Shown one piece after another: positions 1 through 11,759 of a stretch of DNA of 64,000 nucleotides (positions are counted from its first letter, which is position 1; each line of letters opens with the position of its first letter). The stretch is taken from positions 4,774,001 to 4,838,000 of the forward strand of contig CM060731.1 in assembly GCA_030704615.1 (NCBI GenBank), in the 5' to 3' direction. The DNA is from Takakia lepidozioides. Lineage: Eukaryota; Plantae; Bryophyta. The notes under the pieces are model-generated. The model was given only the letters and a program-made list of their open reading frames with translations. It was not told the DNA's origin and searched no databases. Position numbers and translations under genes: made by a program.

Positions 1-61
1 GGAGTGGCGAGAGTATTGGTCACCTAACTATGTCTCAATCACTAGAGGCACAAGGGCAGCG

Positions 62-960
62 GTGACACCAGCAGCTACACAAACATCTCCAACTACAAGC
101 ACTAGTAGTGGAACAAGTAGTGCCGGCACTTCTGCAGGTGGTACCAGTTCAAAAGGTGCTACTACTCCTCCTGCCACAATTACAACACATGTGCCTAGAT
201 TCAACCCAGTGGTGGAGTTCTTCCAGGAGTTGTGGAGGAACTACCAAGGTGTACGGACAGAGAAGCTGCAAAGTTTGCAAGACTTCCAGCGCAAATCGAG
301 TGAGAGCTTGCGAGAGGCCTACACTCGTATGAGGCGCTTGATAAGTGTGACCCAAGGGGTTACTGAAGCTCAGGCAGTCCAGTTCTGGTATGGAATTTTG
401 GACAAGGAGCTCAAGAGAAGGGTGCGGGATGCAACCCTGTTACAAGCGGCCCAACCCACATTAGCGGATGTGTTTCTGCTGGCTGAGCGGATTGAGCTCA
501 ATATGGTGGAGGAGCGAGTTGTTACCATTGGATTTGGCAAGGACATGCCTGCACGAGGTGCAGCTGCCAGCCAATAGGTACAAGGGACTGCCCAACAGCG
601 TGGTCAGGGGGGCAAGGTTGCCCAACCCAAGTTCCATGGAGCTTACAGGGGACCTCAGGTGCAGAGGCCCGTGGCATCTTTTGCAGGCCAACAGCAACCA
701 GGGGTGATATGTTGGACATGTGGAGGACCCCATGTCAAGAGAGATTGGCAGAAGGCCGGCACAAGCACAGCCTGCACAGTTGCAGTGTGGGCATTGTGAC
801 AAGTATGGGCATGGAGATGCCCAGTGTTATGACTTGCACCCTGAGTTGCGCCCAGGCCAGTTCTAAGGGAACAATGGTGACCGGGGGCGAGGTGGTCGGG
901 CACGAGGTGCAGGCCAAGGGCAAGCTCAACATGGCCAAGGACGCGGAGGTCAGGGTGTTG
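62..960 (+). pseudogene. retrotransposon gag with two CCHC-like knuckles
   Basis: LQDFQRKSSESLREAYTRMRRLI...AVQFWYGILDKELKRRV is gag-like; one stop at 575 and one frameshift near 760. Confidence 0.7.
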
Positions 961-1712
961 ACCAAGACATGGCCAACCGGCTTCAGCAGCTAGAGCAAAG
1001 GCTCGCTGCCATGGCTACAGCTCAGGTGGTACTGGCTCCCAGGCGGGATGGTCCACCTCTTGCTCCTGAGGGAGGAGATGTGGGAGGCATGGGATTCATG
1101 TGCGGAGCAGCACTACCACTAGTGCAGGTGGAGTCTACTACAGCTGTGACTCGAGGAGCAGCACGAGTTCCTGAGCCATGAGGTGCAGAGGTGGAATTGG
1201 ATCCACAGCGTGGGGAGGCAAGCCGTCGGGCAAGGCTTCCTCAGTCATTCACATTGGCGGAGATAGTGTCGACGCCATCCATGGCACCTAGTTCTCGCCC
1301 GACTGTTACCGAGGCGGAGGTTACTATGCCATTGGGGAGAGCTACACGTGCAGCACTGACACCTGCTACCAAGGCTAGTGCAGCCGGTGTGTTATTGGGG
1401 GCAGCCACCTATGTGTGTCAAGCCCCACTGTTCTCGGCAACCATGATTGCGACGCCGGGGGTAAGACCAGCTGCAGTGTTCAAACTAGCAGCAACACTCT
1501 GCGAGAGTGGGGAGGTCACTTCATCTTCTGCGGAGTTACTGGAAGGTGTAGTGGCAGAGGGATCCTCGGATTTGAGGGTCAAGACTGCCAGGGCTGCGCC
1601 ATGGCAAGCTGCAACTGCCAGATTGACGGAGCTGCCAACTAGGCCAGCCTTTGAGCGCGCCATGGTGACACCTGGAGTTGTCTTGTGAGACAACCAGGGA
1701 GGCATTTTCACT

Positions 1713-2078
1713 TTGAGTGGACCGGCAGGCAAGAAGTACCGGCCACTGCGGGTCTTGTTGGACTCAGGAGCTCAGCCACTGATGTTGGGCAGAGCTGTTA
1801 TTGCAGATTTGGGCCTCATGGAGGCGGATATGGAGCTTTGTCCTTTCCAGATACAGACATCTCTAGGAGGATCAGAGCAGGCTCGGGGCATGACACGGCG
1901 TGAGTTGGCCATTGGACTACAACCAGATCATCCTGTAGATGGCTCAATGATGCGAGCCAAGGCCATTGTGACAGACGCGGTCTCTTACAATGTCCTTGTT
2001 GGTGGGGCAGTGTTATATCCCATGGGCTTCACCCTTGACTTTTGGGAGGAGTCAGCATCCTACAGGCCTGGATGGTAG
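1713..2078 (+). pseudogene. retropepsin-like aspartic protease domain
   Basis: RVLLDSGAQPLMLG active-site motif and C-terminal YNVLVGGAVL. Confidence 0.8.
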
Positions 2079-2459
2079 TAAGGGGTTGGTCATCGTGCAC
2101 AGCTCCCTGTGACATTCATTGGGGGTATTGCGGCTGCCCAGCGGGGCAAGATGCCAACACTAGCCGCCTTTACAGCTGCAGTTAGTTGGCCTGGAGAGTT
2201 GCTGGAAGGCAATGCCCATGCAGAGGATGTGCCACCTCCAGCAGAGCAAGATGACATGCATGGTATGGCGGAGTTGCCTGCCATGGTTGCTCACACTCCA
2301 TTATGGGGTACAAGCAAGGATTTGCAGCAGGCTGCTGATGGACGGGTACAACAAGCCTGGGTAGAGGCCTTCGTACTGTCAGGAGAAGAGGAGAATGCGG
2401 TGATTGCACCAGGACCACCTCAGTTGTCGCCATTGGACACCACACCTCTTGTGTGGCAA

Positions 2460-2981
2460 TGCCCGAATGAAGGCATATGCCTTCTGGACTTGTTTGGCGG
2501 GATCAGCAGTGGATTGGCTGCAGTAATGCAGGCAAGTGTATGAGTTTGACGTTACCTGTATGTGGAGAGGGATGAGACTGCACGATGCGTCTCACTGCGC
2601 CATGTTGCTCAGTTGGTACAGCAGTACCCTGATTTGTTGCCAGTGTCTGCAGTTCGTGGATACCAACAAACCTTGCCAGCAGACATTTCGTTGCTGGGGG
2701 CGCAGGATTTGGAGCGGGTTGGCTCCATTGATCTGGTAGTGGCAGGTTGGCATTCATCAGCCGGGCATGGCAATGGATTGCAAGACTCAAGGACGGGTCT
2801 GTTTTGGGAGATGATGCGGATTATGCGCCACTTGCAGCTTCATCAAGCTGTATCTCCAGCATACATCTTGGAGAATGTGCCACTGATGGGTGATTCTCGG
2901 GCCAGGGTGATGGCCAGTGTGCATCAAGTCCGGTCGTGGCTTGGATCAGCAGTGTTGCTGGATGCAGCTACAGCAGCATAG
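2460..2981 (+). pseudogene. C5-cytosine DNA methyltransferase domain inside the Gypsy polyprotein
   Basis: Motif I LLDLFGGI, motif II YLYVERD, motif III ADISLL, motif IV IDLVVAGW----HSSAG (catalytic PC missing), motif V DSRTGLFWE, motif VI YILENVP, then LLDAA. Two in-frame TGA stops at ~2541 and ~2547; truncated before motif VIII. Confidence 0.88.
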
Positions 2982-3034
2982 CTACGGCGTGAGCTCAGCC
3001 CCGTGAGCCTGGGAGCTGAGCTCACGTTGTAGCT
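2980..3034. repeat. 20-bp inverted repeat (hairpin) at the point where the DNMT ORF is truncated
   Basis: agctacggcgtgagctcagc ... gctgagctcacgttgtagct, 18/20 Watson-Crick; several nearby cgtgag motifs. Confidence 0.7.
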
Positions 3035-3571
3035 GCAAAGCGTGAGTTGAGCTCACGCTTCAAGGAAGCGTGAGCGGCACAAATCTGCTGGAGAAGCAGG
3101 TCCTATAGGCGAGGATTGCAAGAAGAGGGCCTATTACCGTGGACAAAACAAAGGGGGCCACCATGCACCATGTCTGCAATGCCTGCACAAAAAGAGGAAT
3201 ATGAAAATATGGCAGAATTGAGCTCAGAATGATTGACACACTTTATTTCAATTCACAAATAGACGCTTACAATGAATGACATGTGCATTTGCCCTGGTTC
3301 CGTGAACTAAATGTATGTGTTTGTCCTAAATGCAAAGTCTTCACACGGTAACCTGGAAACCAGCATGGGAAGCGGGCATGGCTCGTATGTGTTCAAGAGA
3401 ATTTTGCGGAGCCCTACGTGAGGTGTCCCGCTGCAGAAGGGTGATGACTTTCTTAGAGGACTGTCTGGGACTTAGACACTTATACGGGATCTGTAGGGTA
3501 CCCTTAATTTTTGCACAGACTGAGACCAACAGGAGCCTTAGGGGTGGCAACAGCGCACTTTAGAAGGGGAT

Positions 3572-3757
3572 TACACAGCCAGTCACAGCCAACACAGCCC
3601 GACACAGCCCATCACAGCCAATACAGCCCGTCACAGCCGACACAGACACACAGCGAGTAACAGCCCGACACAGCCAACACAGCCCGTCACAGCCGTCACA
3701 GCCACACAGCCAAACACAGTCGCACAGCCAGTCACAGCTTGACACAGCTGTCACGAC
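3572..3757 (+). repeat. degenerate CACAGCC-core tandem repeat in the family B LTR
   Basis: Repeated 9-10 bp units (acacagcc/cacagccgt). Confidence 0.9.
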
Positions 3758-4275
3758 CATAGGGAAAGGATAGCAGGACAGGGAACGACTGTGGGGAACA
3801 ACATCTGCGAAGGGAACATGTTAGTTCACGGACGACGGTTAGTGAGGGAAGCGGTTAAGAACAACGGGTAGGAAGATAAGAGGAGGAGCAGGCACTACAG
3901 GGGGGACTTCTTGGTCATGCATGAGAGGGGATCGGGCGGAGAGCAAGAACGGAAGCAAAGATGGAGAGCACGGTGAAGGAGGAGAGATGATTAGTAGATG
4001 CTTGTTATATGCAAAGCTTTAGTGATATTGTAGAGCAGATTAGAGACACAATGGCTTCGGCCTGATACCTGATAAATCATAATCTGATACTTATACGATA
4101 CAATCACACTGTGTAGAGAGATCTGAGTGAAGCTGTGGAATGAATGGATGAGTTGATGGAATCCGATAGATTGATGAAGCAAACTGATACTTAATTAACA
4201 ATGGTAAGGTAGCTAACATGAATGCGGAAAGGGAAACAAATAGGAAACACCCCCATGATACACTAGTTGTAGGTC

Positions 4276-4971
4276 ATGACTGATTGTTCTGAGCGGGCTG
4301 AGTACTTAGAGATTTCCAACTCTTCTATCTTGGAGTTTCCGCCTCGGATAGCGAAGGGATGGGTGAGTAAAAGCCGCGCGACATTTGGCGACCATACTGG
4401 GGAACTAAGTCATGAACAACCAGATGTGACAGGCATCTGGTGGGATCATGGTGGTTGGACCATTAAAGAATTTGAAGTGAATCAATTCCCTGTGGAACGA
4501 AGGAAGAAAGATTGTCCAAACAATTCTTTCAAAGGTTCTTGGAATTGCCAGACGGTTTGTAAAGAAAATATTCTTAAGCGAGTGCATGATGCTGATCCGG
4601 AATGGGGTCTGGAGAAAGGAGTGATAAAGATTTATCAGGTAGCCTGTAGAGGAAGAGCACGTTGGTTACCAACGTTGGTTTATGTGATAACATTGCTATC
4701 CATTAAGCGAGTAGAGTTTGAAGGCTGGGAAGAAAGAAAGGTGAATGTTTATACTCATATGCATGAAGAGCTTGTACTGGTAAAGAATTGGATTCCAAAG
4801 GATATTTTGTGGATCAAACTCACAACAAGAACAGCTTTTCAGACTTGTTTGCCATATGGTTATATGGTAACGGAGACTTCAAGTATAACCAAGGGTGCAT
4901 TGAAGCTTGAAAGAAACCCAGGCATATACGAGAGATATTACAGAAGAGAGTTTTGGTTATTGCCACATTAA
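4276..4971 (+). CDS. extra 231-aa ORF of unknown function upstream of gag (family B ORF0)
   Basis: Open and the same length in both family B copies; ends ~20 nt before the gag ATG. Confidence 0.6.
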   Translation: MTDCSERAEYLEISNSSILEFPPRIAKGWVSKSRATFGDHTGELSHEQPDVTGIWWDHGGWTIKEFEVNQFPVERRKKDCPNNSFKGSWNCQTVCKENILKRVHDADPEWGLEKGVIKIYQVACRGRARWLPTLVYVITLLSIKRVEFEGWEERKVNVYTHMHEELVLVKNWIPKDILWIKLTTRTAFQTCLPYGYMVTETSSITKGALKLERNPGIYERYYRREFWLLPH

Positions 4972-4992
4972 AAGAAATGAAAGACATGGGAC

Positions 4993-7900
4993 ATGAGTGA
5001 TGAAGAGAAGATAGACGCCAGAGATATTCAGTAAAAAGAGAAAGCTATCTGAAAGCTAATTATCCATATCTTTGGGAGAGAGGAATAGACATAGGGGAAT
5101 CATCTGGACCTCTCACACCATTAAGATCAAAGAGTACATCACCCATACCGGAAGAACTAGAGTTGGATACCACTCCTTCTGTTTCTTTGCAAGAAAGATT
5201 AAGGGAATTGGTACGAGAAGAAGATCAATCACGAGGTGAAAGATCTGAGGTACATCCCTGGATAAAAGATTTGACAGAAATCTTTGATAAGAGTTGGCAT
5301 GGAACACCAAAAGCAGGAACTCCAGTTTCTGAAGCGGAAGGTGAAGAAGGAGGAGAGAATGTGGTAGAGCCAACGGAGAGTTCAGACTCTCCAACATCAT
5401 TGCAGTTGAGTTACATGAGTGAAGAAGAAACCCAAGGACAGAACTTGGAGGATGAAAACAGGGAGAAGAAATTGGAAGAGTATGAAGAAGTAGACCCAAC
5501 AGCTGAGGTTGAGACTACAACCAGGACATCCCAACCCGTTGGACCTGGATCAAGTGGAGCACTTGGATCACAGGCCAACGAAGGTGTCGGCTCAGGGGGA
5601 TCAGGCGGGCTGCCTGGATCTGGCTCTGGGGGACAGGGAGTGTGGGAAGTAGTGCAACTGAAGCTGGGAATACTGTGTGAATATCGTGGGGCCAGTAGCA
5701 GGGAGTGCTCAAGGGCCACCATTTGGTGGAAGATCCACCACAAAAACAACAGGTCCAGAAGGACCAGCACCAGCAAGGGTGCCAGCACCTGTCAGTGGGC
5801 AAAAGGTAGGGCCACAGATGGCGTTACAACCAACACGGGCAAAACCACCCTTTCCAATATATTCAGGAAAAGGGGATCCCGATGTACACATTAGCCAATT
5901 TGAGCACATGTGTATAGTGAACAATGAGAATGGCGATGATGCCAAGATGAGATTGTTTCCTTGTTCACTTATAAAGAAAGCAAGTGAATGGTATGCAAGA
6001 TTCCCTGATAATCATTTCCTAACCTGGAATGGCTTGAATACAGCATTTCGAAATAGGTTCAGGACAAGTAAAACTGAGGATGAAGTGTATGGAAGTTTAC
6101 AACAGTTAAAGCAAAAGAAGCATGAAACTGTTGAGGAGTATATGGAAAAAGATGGAATTGATGATGAAAAAGCTGGCTGCAGTATCAGCACCCGGGTTAC
6201 AGAAGACTTGGTTTGTGAGTGGACTAAGACCAGAGTTGCAAAAGAAAATGGATATGTTATCCCATAATACAGTGGAGGAGGCATTTGAAACTGCAAACAG
6301 AATTGAGCAATTGGGAATGCTCAGGAGAGAGAAAAGGGATGATGAGGACTCTGAGGATGAGACAGATGAAGAAGAAGAGCAAGAACTAAAAAGGAAGAGT
6401 AAGAGAAAGGAGAAGCTGAAGAGGGATAACTATGAAAAAAGATTGGAAGAAATCTTGAAGAATTATGCCACAGAGGCTGCAACACATTGGAGGAAGGGTG
6501 TTTGGTGTGCAAAGTGCCAGAATGAAGGCCATACCACCACAGAATGCCACATGAAGGAGAAACACTGTACTATCTATAAAATGGATAACCATTCTACTGA
6601 GAATTGTTACTACAACAGAAGGACAGCTGCAAGAGAACCTAGGCAAGTAAGGGTGCATCAGGTGCAGCCCCAGCCAAGAAGAAAACAATGATCAGGACCA
6701 CTATGGTAGGTCTGGTGGTTATAACAATGGCATGGAAGGGAGAGGTAATTCAAGAGGGAATTACCAAGGAAATTCCAGAGGCAACTATCAGGGTAATCCA
6801 AGGGGGAATTACCAGCCCGGGAATCAGGATTATAGAAATAATCCAAGAACAGACCAAGGGCGAGGACCCCAATGGTGAAGAACTATGTTACTATTGTAAT
6901 CAGCCAGGACATCGCAGGGCAGCCTGTTCATTCTGGATAAGACACCAGAATGAGATGAGAGCTCCTGTGAATGAGGGCCCAGTGGTGGCAGCTCACATGG
7001 TTAGGCCATGTGTTTGTACCAGAAGTAAGTACAATGATAGTAACAAGAAGAAAAGCCAAACTAATACCTCCAGTAGTAGAGGAAAAGATGATAATGAAGG
7101 TGGCAATGATATGCCTGAAGATGAAGAGACTTGGAAAGATGAGAAGAAACTGCACAAGGAAGTGGCAGATACTATAAGGGAAATGCAAAAGAGTACTGAT
7201 ATTCCTGTGGCAGATTCCTCTGATTCTGATGGAGAAGAAGAAGGGAGTGAGGAAGAAAAGGAAGAAAGAAGATGCAGACATGCAAAAATAATGAAGAGAC
7301 TTTGGCTGGCTGAAGTAATATGCCAGACCAAAGCAGAAATTACCATTGGACAGCTATTAGCTGTGTGGCACCTTATTGTAGGCACAGGCTGTATCAAGCA
7401 ATCAATCGAATTGCCAGGAGACAGGAAACACAGACCTGAACAGCAAGGTGACCAGTTATATGTGAAGCCGGAAGGGCGAGAAACAGTCATGGACTTTGAT
7501 GATTCTATGCAAGTAATCCAATTGAGAATTGGAAACACAGAACTAACTGATGTACTGATAGATGAGGTTCTGGGTAAGTAGTAAATATCATGACAGACCA
7601 ATTAAGGAAGAAGTTGGTCTAAGTAACATGAAACCAGCCCCATTTACAGTAACAATGGCAGATCAAAGAAGTGTACAGCCATTGGGATTAATAAGAGGAG
7701 TTAAGATACAGATACAGAAGATGATCTTTATGATCACAGTAACTGTGTTGAAAATGGATGAAGTCATGGAGGCTTACTCCTTATTATTGGACGGTTGTGG
7801 CTGAAACAGGCCAGGGTATTCCATGACTGGAATTCTCAGTTACTAACCGTGCATAATGGGATACACGAGATACAAATTACCACAAAGGAAATCTAGTAGA

Positions 7901-9008
7901 TTACCTGCTACAAGAAGACCTCGAGGAGTCAGAGAGTATGACTGGAAAGGAGGACTGGATGAGGAGCAGGAAGCTACCCTATTTGCTGCACACCCAGAGT
8001 GGGAGCAGGTTGCAGAGATGCGACGGAAAGCCTAAGTTTGTTGAGAGGTATCTGCTGTGGTGTAGTGACAGCAACACCAACTGAAGAGGAAACCAGCATT
8101 TACCATCACATTTCTATGAAGAAAGAGAAGGAGAAATAGGAAATCCTAGAGAACCAGCCACTGTGAGCTTACAGGATGAAGTGGTGACTGGTTGGACAAT
8201 CACAACTGATGAGCAAGTGAGGGAAGTGAATGTGGGAACTAAAGAGGGGAACCGAGGATGGTGAATGTAGGAGCTGATTTGGAGCCAGAATTCTTGGAAG
8301 AAGCTAAGAGTTTGTTCATCAAATACAGAGATGTATTTGCTTGGAGCTATGAGGATCTAAAAGGGATACCACCTGAAATTTGTCAGCATAAGATTGAACT
8401 GGAACCAGGGTCAGTACCATCAAGCAGGCGACGGTACAGAATGAATCCCAACTACGCACAGAAGGTTGGAGAAGAGATTAAGAAGTGGCTGAGGCTAAGT
8501 TTTAATACCCATAGAGTATACAACTTGGTTGTCACCCATTGTGTATAGTTCCCAGAAGAATGGTAAACTAAGAGTATGTGTGAACTACAAGAAGCTGAAT
8601 GCTTGTACGAAGAAGAATCCTTTCCCTTTGCCATTCACAGAAGCAGTATTGGACACTGTGGCAGGCCAGAGATGTACTCATTCATGGATGGGTTCAGTGG
8701 TTATAATCAAGTGCAAGTTGCAGAAGAAGATAGGCAGAGGAAAGACAGCTTTCATCACAGACTGGGGGCTTATGCATACAAAGTCATGCCCTTTGGACTT
8801 TGTAATGCACCAGCAACCTTTCAGAGAGTAATAAGTGAATCTTTTCATGAGTATCTGGATGATTTCATGCAGGTGTTCTTGGATGATTTCAGTGTGTACA
8901 ACCTAGAATGAGCACTTGCATAAATTGGAGTTATGTCTGGCCAGATGCAGGATGAGAGGTCTGGGCTTGAATCCAGAGAAGTGTACTTTCTGTGTGAACT
9001 CAGGGGTG
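4993..9008 (+). pseudogene. gag-pol of family B copy 1, many frameshifts
   Basis: Fragments match the longer ORFs of copy 2 (YSGKGDPDVHI gag, three CCHC knuckles, VLIDxG protease, RT); many single-base indels near the contig end could be sequencing errors. Confidence 0.88.
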
Positions 9009-9508
9009 NNNNNNNNNNNNNNNNNNNNNNNNNNNNNNNNNNNNNNNNNNNNNNNNNNNNNNNNNNNNNNNNNNNNNNNNNNNNNNNNNNNNNNNNNNNN
9101 NNNNNNNNNNNNNNNNNNNNNNNNNNNNNNNNNNNNNNNNNNNNNNNNNNNNNNNNNNNNNNNNNNNNNNNNNNNNNNNNNNNNNNNNNNNNNNNNNNNN
9201 NNNNNNNNNNNNNNNNNNNNNNNNNNNNNNNNNNNNNNNNNNNNNNNNNNNNNNNNNNNNNNNNNNNNNNNNNNNNNNNNNNNNNNNNNNNNNNNNNNNN
9301 NNNNNNNNNNNNNNNNNNNNNNNNNNNNNNNNNNNNNNNNNNNNNNNNNNNNNNNNNNNNNNNNNNNNNNNNNNNNNNNNNNNNNNNNNNNNNNNNNNNN
9401 NNNNNNNNNNNNNNNNNNNNNNNNNNNNNNNNNNNNNNNNNNNNNNNNNNNNNNNNNNNNNNNNNNNNNNNNNNNNNNNNNNNNNNNNNNNNNNNNNNNN
9501 NNNNNNNN
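9009..9508. other. assembly gap (500 N)
   Basis: Run of N of round length; true size unknown. Confidence 0.99.
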
Positions 9509-10039
9509 AGCCATGGCATGAGAAGGTAAAGGTCAAGGAAAAAGGACAAGCAAGGAAACAGGTGACGGCAGTAACACCCAAAAAAGAAAGAAAACCATCG
9601 GGCATCGGAGGAGGCGCAGGAGGGGACCCAAGAGGTGACTCCGACGACGATTTGGTTCAAGGGTCCTGCGACTGTGTTGCTCCTACCCAGTCACAGGTCG
9701 TCCGGGTTCCCAAGTCAGTTCGGGAGTGGGACTGCTCTGCCAAGAAGTTGGCATTGAGGGCGAGCCTACACGGCGGTATTCGGCGGTAGGGGACGTTACG
9801 CACAGGCCAAAGCTAGAACCCCAACCATCATCCCATGCGTCAATGAGAGCTTCCTTGACGCTCGCTGCCAGGGCGAAGAAGGTGGCACCAAACAAGTCTC
9901 TGGCGGAGCAGAAGGGAAAAGCAAGAAGAGGGTGCCGGTACAGAGCCTAAAGAACCCCTGGTTTTGAAGCCATGATGGAATTATTCACGGCTGTGTGAGC
10001 ACGATTTGCAAGAGCACTCGGGGTGGGGGGTTGAGGGAG

Positions 10040-10900
10040 AGAGCTTGCGACATGATCTCCTAGACATTTCCAGATGGGGAGACTGCTGGAGGGCCTGGCT
10101 GAGGGTGCACCCACCGGAACAGGTTACTAGGACTCCTGGAAAAGCCGGGTTTGGGCTGGCGGGGATGACTTCTGGATGCGGTGGATGGATGTGTGGTTTC
10201 TTGCCACGAGAGGGAAGACCACAGCGAATGCGTGGCAAGGTGGACCCGAAGTGTCACCCCGGTACTGCTCAGAAAATGGTTCTGCATCAGTACGACAGGG
10301 TGCGAACAGAGGGCCAAAGTGTAGTATCAATCTATTGCATTCACTTCATATTGTGGTGTATGTTAAGTAGACCCTGGATTGATCCCTTTTTGTGGATGTG
10401 CAGACATTGGTGTTTGAGGCATATTGCTTTGTGAAGAGAGGGTCTACGTTCAAATTCCGCAAGGACGGTGGTCTCTTGTTGATGCCGCTGTGACCCTGTA
10501 ACCTACGATGTCCTCTACAACTATGTGCCCCACTCTAGTATGCCGAAGGACACAAAAAGACAGGCAAACCGTGGCGGTACAGCCGGACCCGGAAGCCCGC
10601 TTTCATCCAAACCCTCATGGAGACGTGCTCGATGTCAGGGGCGGGATTCTGGACCTCACATGCGGCACGGGTAAGCCTTCACGTGCTCAGTTGTCCCCTG
10701 TGGCCCCATTGCAATTGAATGCCGCAAGCTATTAACCGCCCGCTTTGTTCCTCAGGTGCTTCAATGTGGGCAAGGGACGTTGTCCGACAGGCATGTGTTC
10801 GCCTTCGAGCCAGATACTGCCCTCCACAACTCGGAACTTGCAGCGGCTGAACGTCTGCCGAAAGAGGAAGAGGCATCCTCGGAGGATGAGGAAAATCCGA
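10040..10900 (+). pseudogene. spliced beta-class N4-cytosine/N6-adenine methyltransferase-like gene fragment
   Basis: Joining frames gives GKPWRYSRTRKPAFIQTLMETCSMSGxGILDLTCGT[GT-AG intron 10671-10755]GASMWAxTLSDRHVFAFEPD, resembling motifs X-I-II (KP...L.....GD.VLD...G.G......GR.....E.D). A weak motif-IV-like CDMIxLDI lies upstream at ~10055. Confidence 0.6.
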
Positions 10901-11759
10901 GAAGGAGCAGGGGGAGAAGTTGGGATCGAGGCGAGAGCCCCCGGTTTACGAGTGAGTGGTGGCATTGATAAGTTGCCTCCAGATTTGTGAGGCACCTCCC
11001 TCCGCTCTCTTATTTCATTGAAAACCCTTTTGGTTGTGCTGGTATTGACATTCTTCAAGTTGGATTTGTTCTTACTGTAGGATGCCAGAGTACTTGCCGG
11101 AGGGACGTCTAAACCGGGAGTTCATGGGCAGGAGGAACGTTGCCTTTTTTTGCCAGGGGAGATTTCATGCCTAGTCAGAAAGGGAGTACATCCTGCCTAC
11201 TTATGCTGCCCGGCTTGCTTCGGTGTCCATTAGGAGGTGTTCCGAACGTAGTCGTGTACAGCAGATTTTGACGAGGCAAGCCTCAAGAAATGGAAGATGA
11301 GGGAGGAGCGGCCAGCAGCTAGATATTAGAGCCCGTCGGGCCTCGTAGATTTGTGTGGATTCTGCTGAGGAAAGTGGGGGAGAAGACGCCAGAAGATTCC
11401 CAGGAGGTGAGGTGGACAGTCCCCAAGGAGAGGACGGGATTTTTGAGAGGCATAGTGGAACTGATGCATCACAGAGCTCGGAGGATGAGGGGGGATGAGG
11501 GGGATGAGGAAGAAGGTGGGGCAAGTTCCTCGGAGGGTGTAGGAGAGTAGTGCCCATTCCGGCTATGACAGTAGAACACACTTGTAGAGACGTGGCTTGC
11601 CACAAAATTTGCAATAAAATGTTGCATTTTAAGTCCACTGGTGCCACAATTCCAACTTCACATGACCCTATTTCCGTGCCTCCTAACCCTATTTCCGTGG
11701 ACTCACAATGGTCTGCCTAATTGTTTTTTTTCCGCTCATGCTATGCCGCTCATGTATCA

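Larger units (their letters stand above)
1..2981 (+). mobile_element. Ty3/Gypsy-like LTR retrotransposon remnant, family A (gag - zinc knuckles - protease - C5 DNA methyltransferase), truncated
   Basis: Gag-like ORF 62-577; knuckle-like CWTCGGPHVKRD (~710) and CGHCDKYGHGDAQC (~786); retropepsin RVLLDSGA. ORFs starting at 969, 1191, 1713, 2109 and 2562 share one frame and are separated only by stop codons. No LTR or RT is visible in the window. Confidence 0.8.
3451..9008 (+). mobile_element. Ty3/Gypsy LTR retrotransposon family B, copy 1 (non-chromovirus, Tat/Phygy-like RT), runs into the gap
   Basis: Colinear with the reverse complement of ~13020-18647, and homology stops at the presumed LTR start (TCTTAGAGG vs TGTTAGAGG). 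Contains gag, protease and RT (YSFMDGFSGYNQ, FLDDF). 5' LTR end unresolved (candidates 4050 or ~4262). Confidence 0.92.

Noticed and set aside
8845-9660. Long ORFs spanning the gap
   Set aside because: Artefacts of translating N
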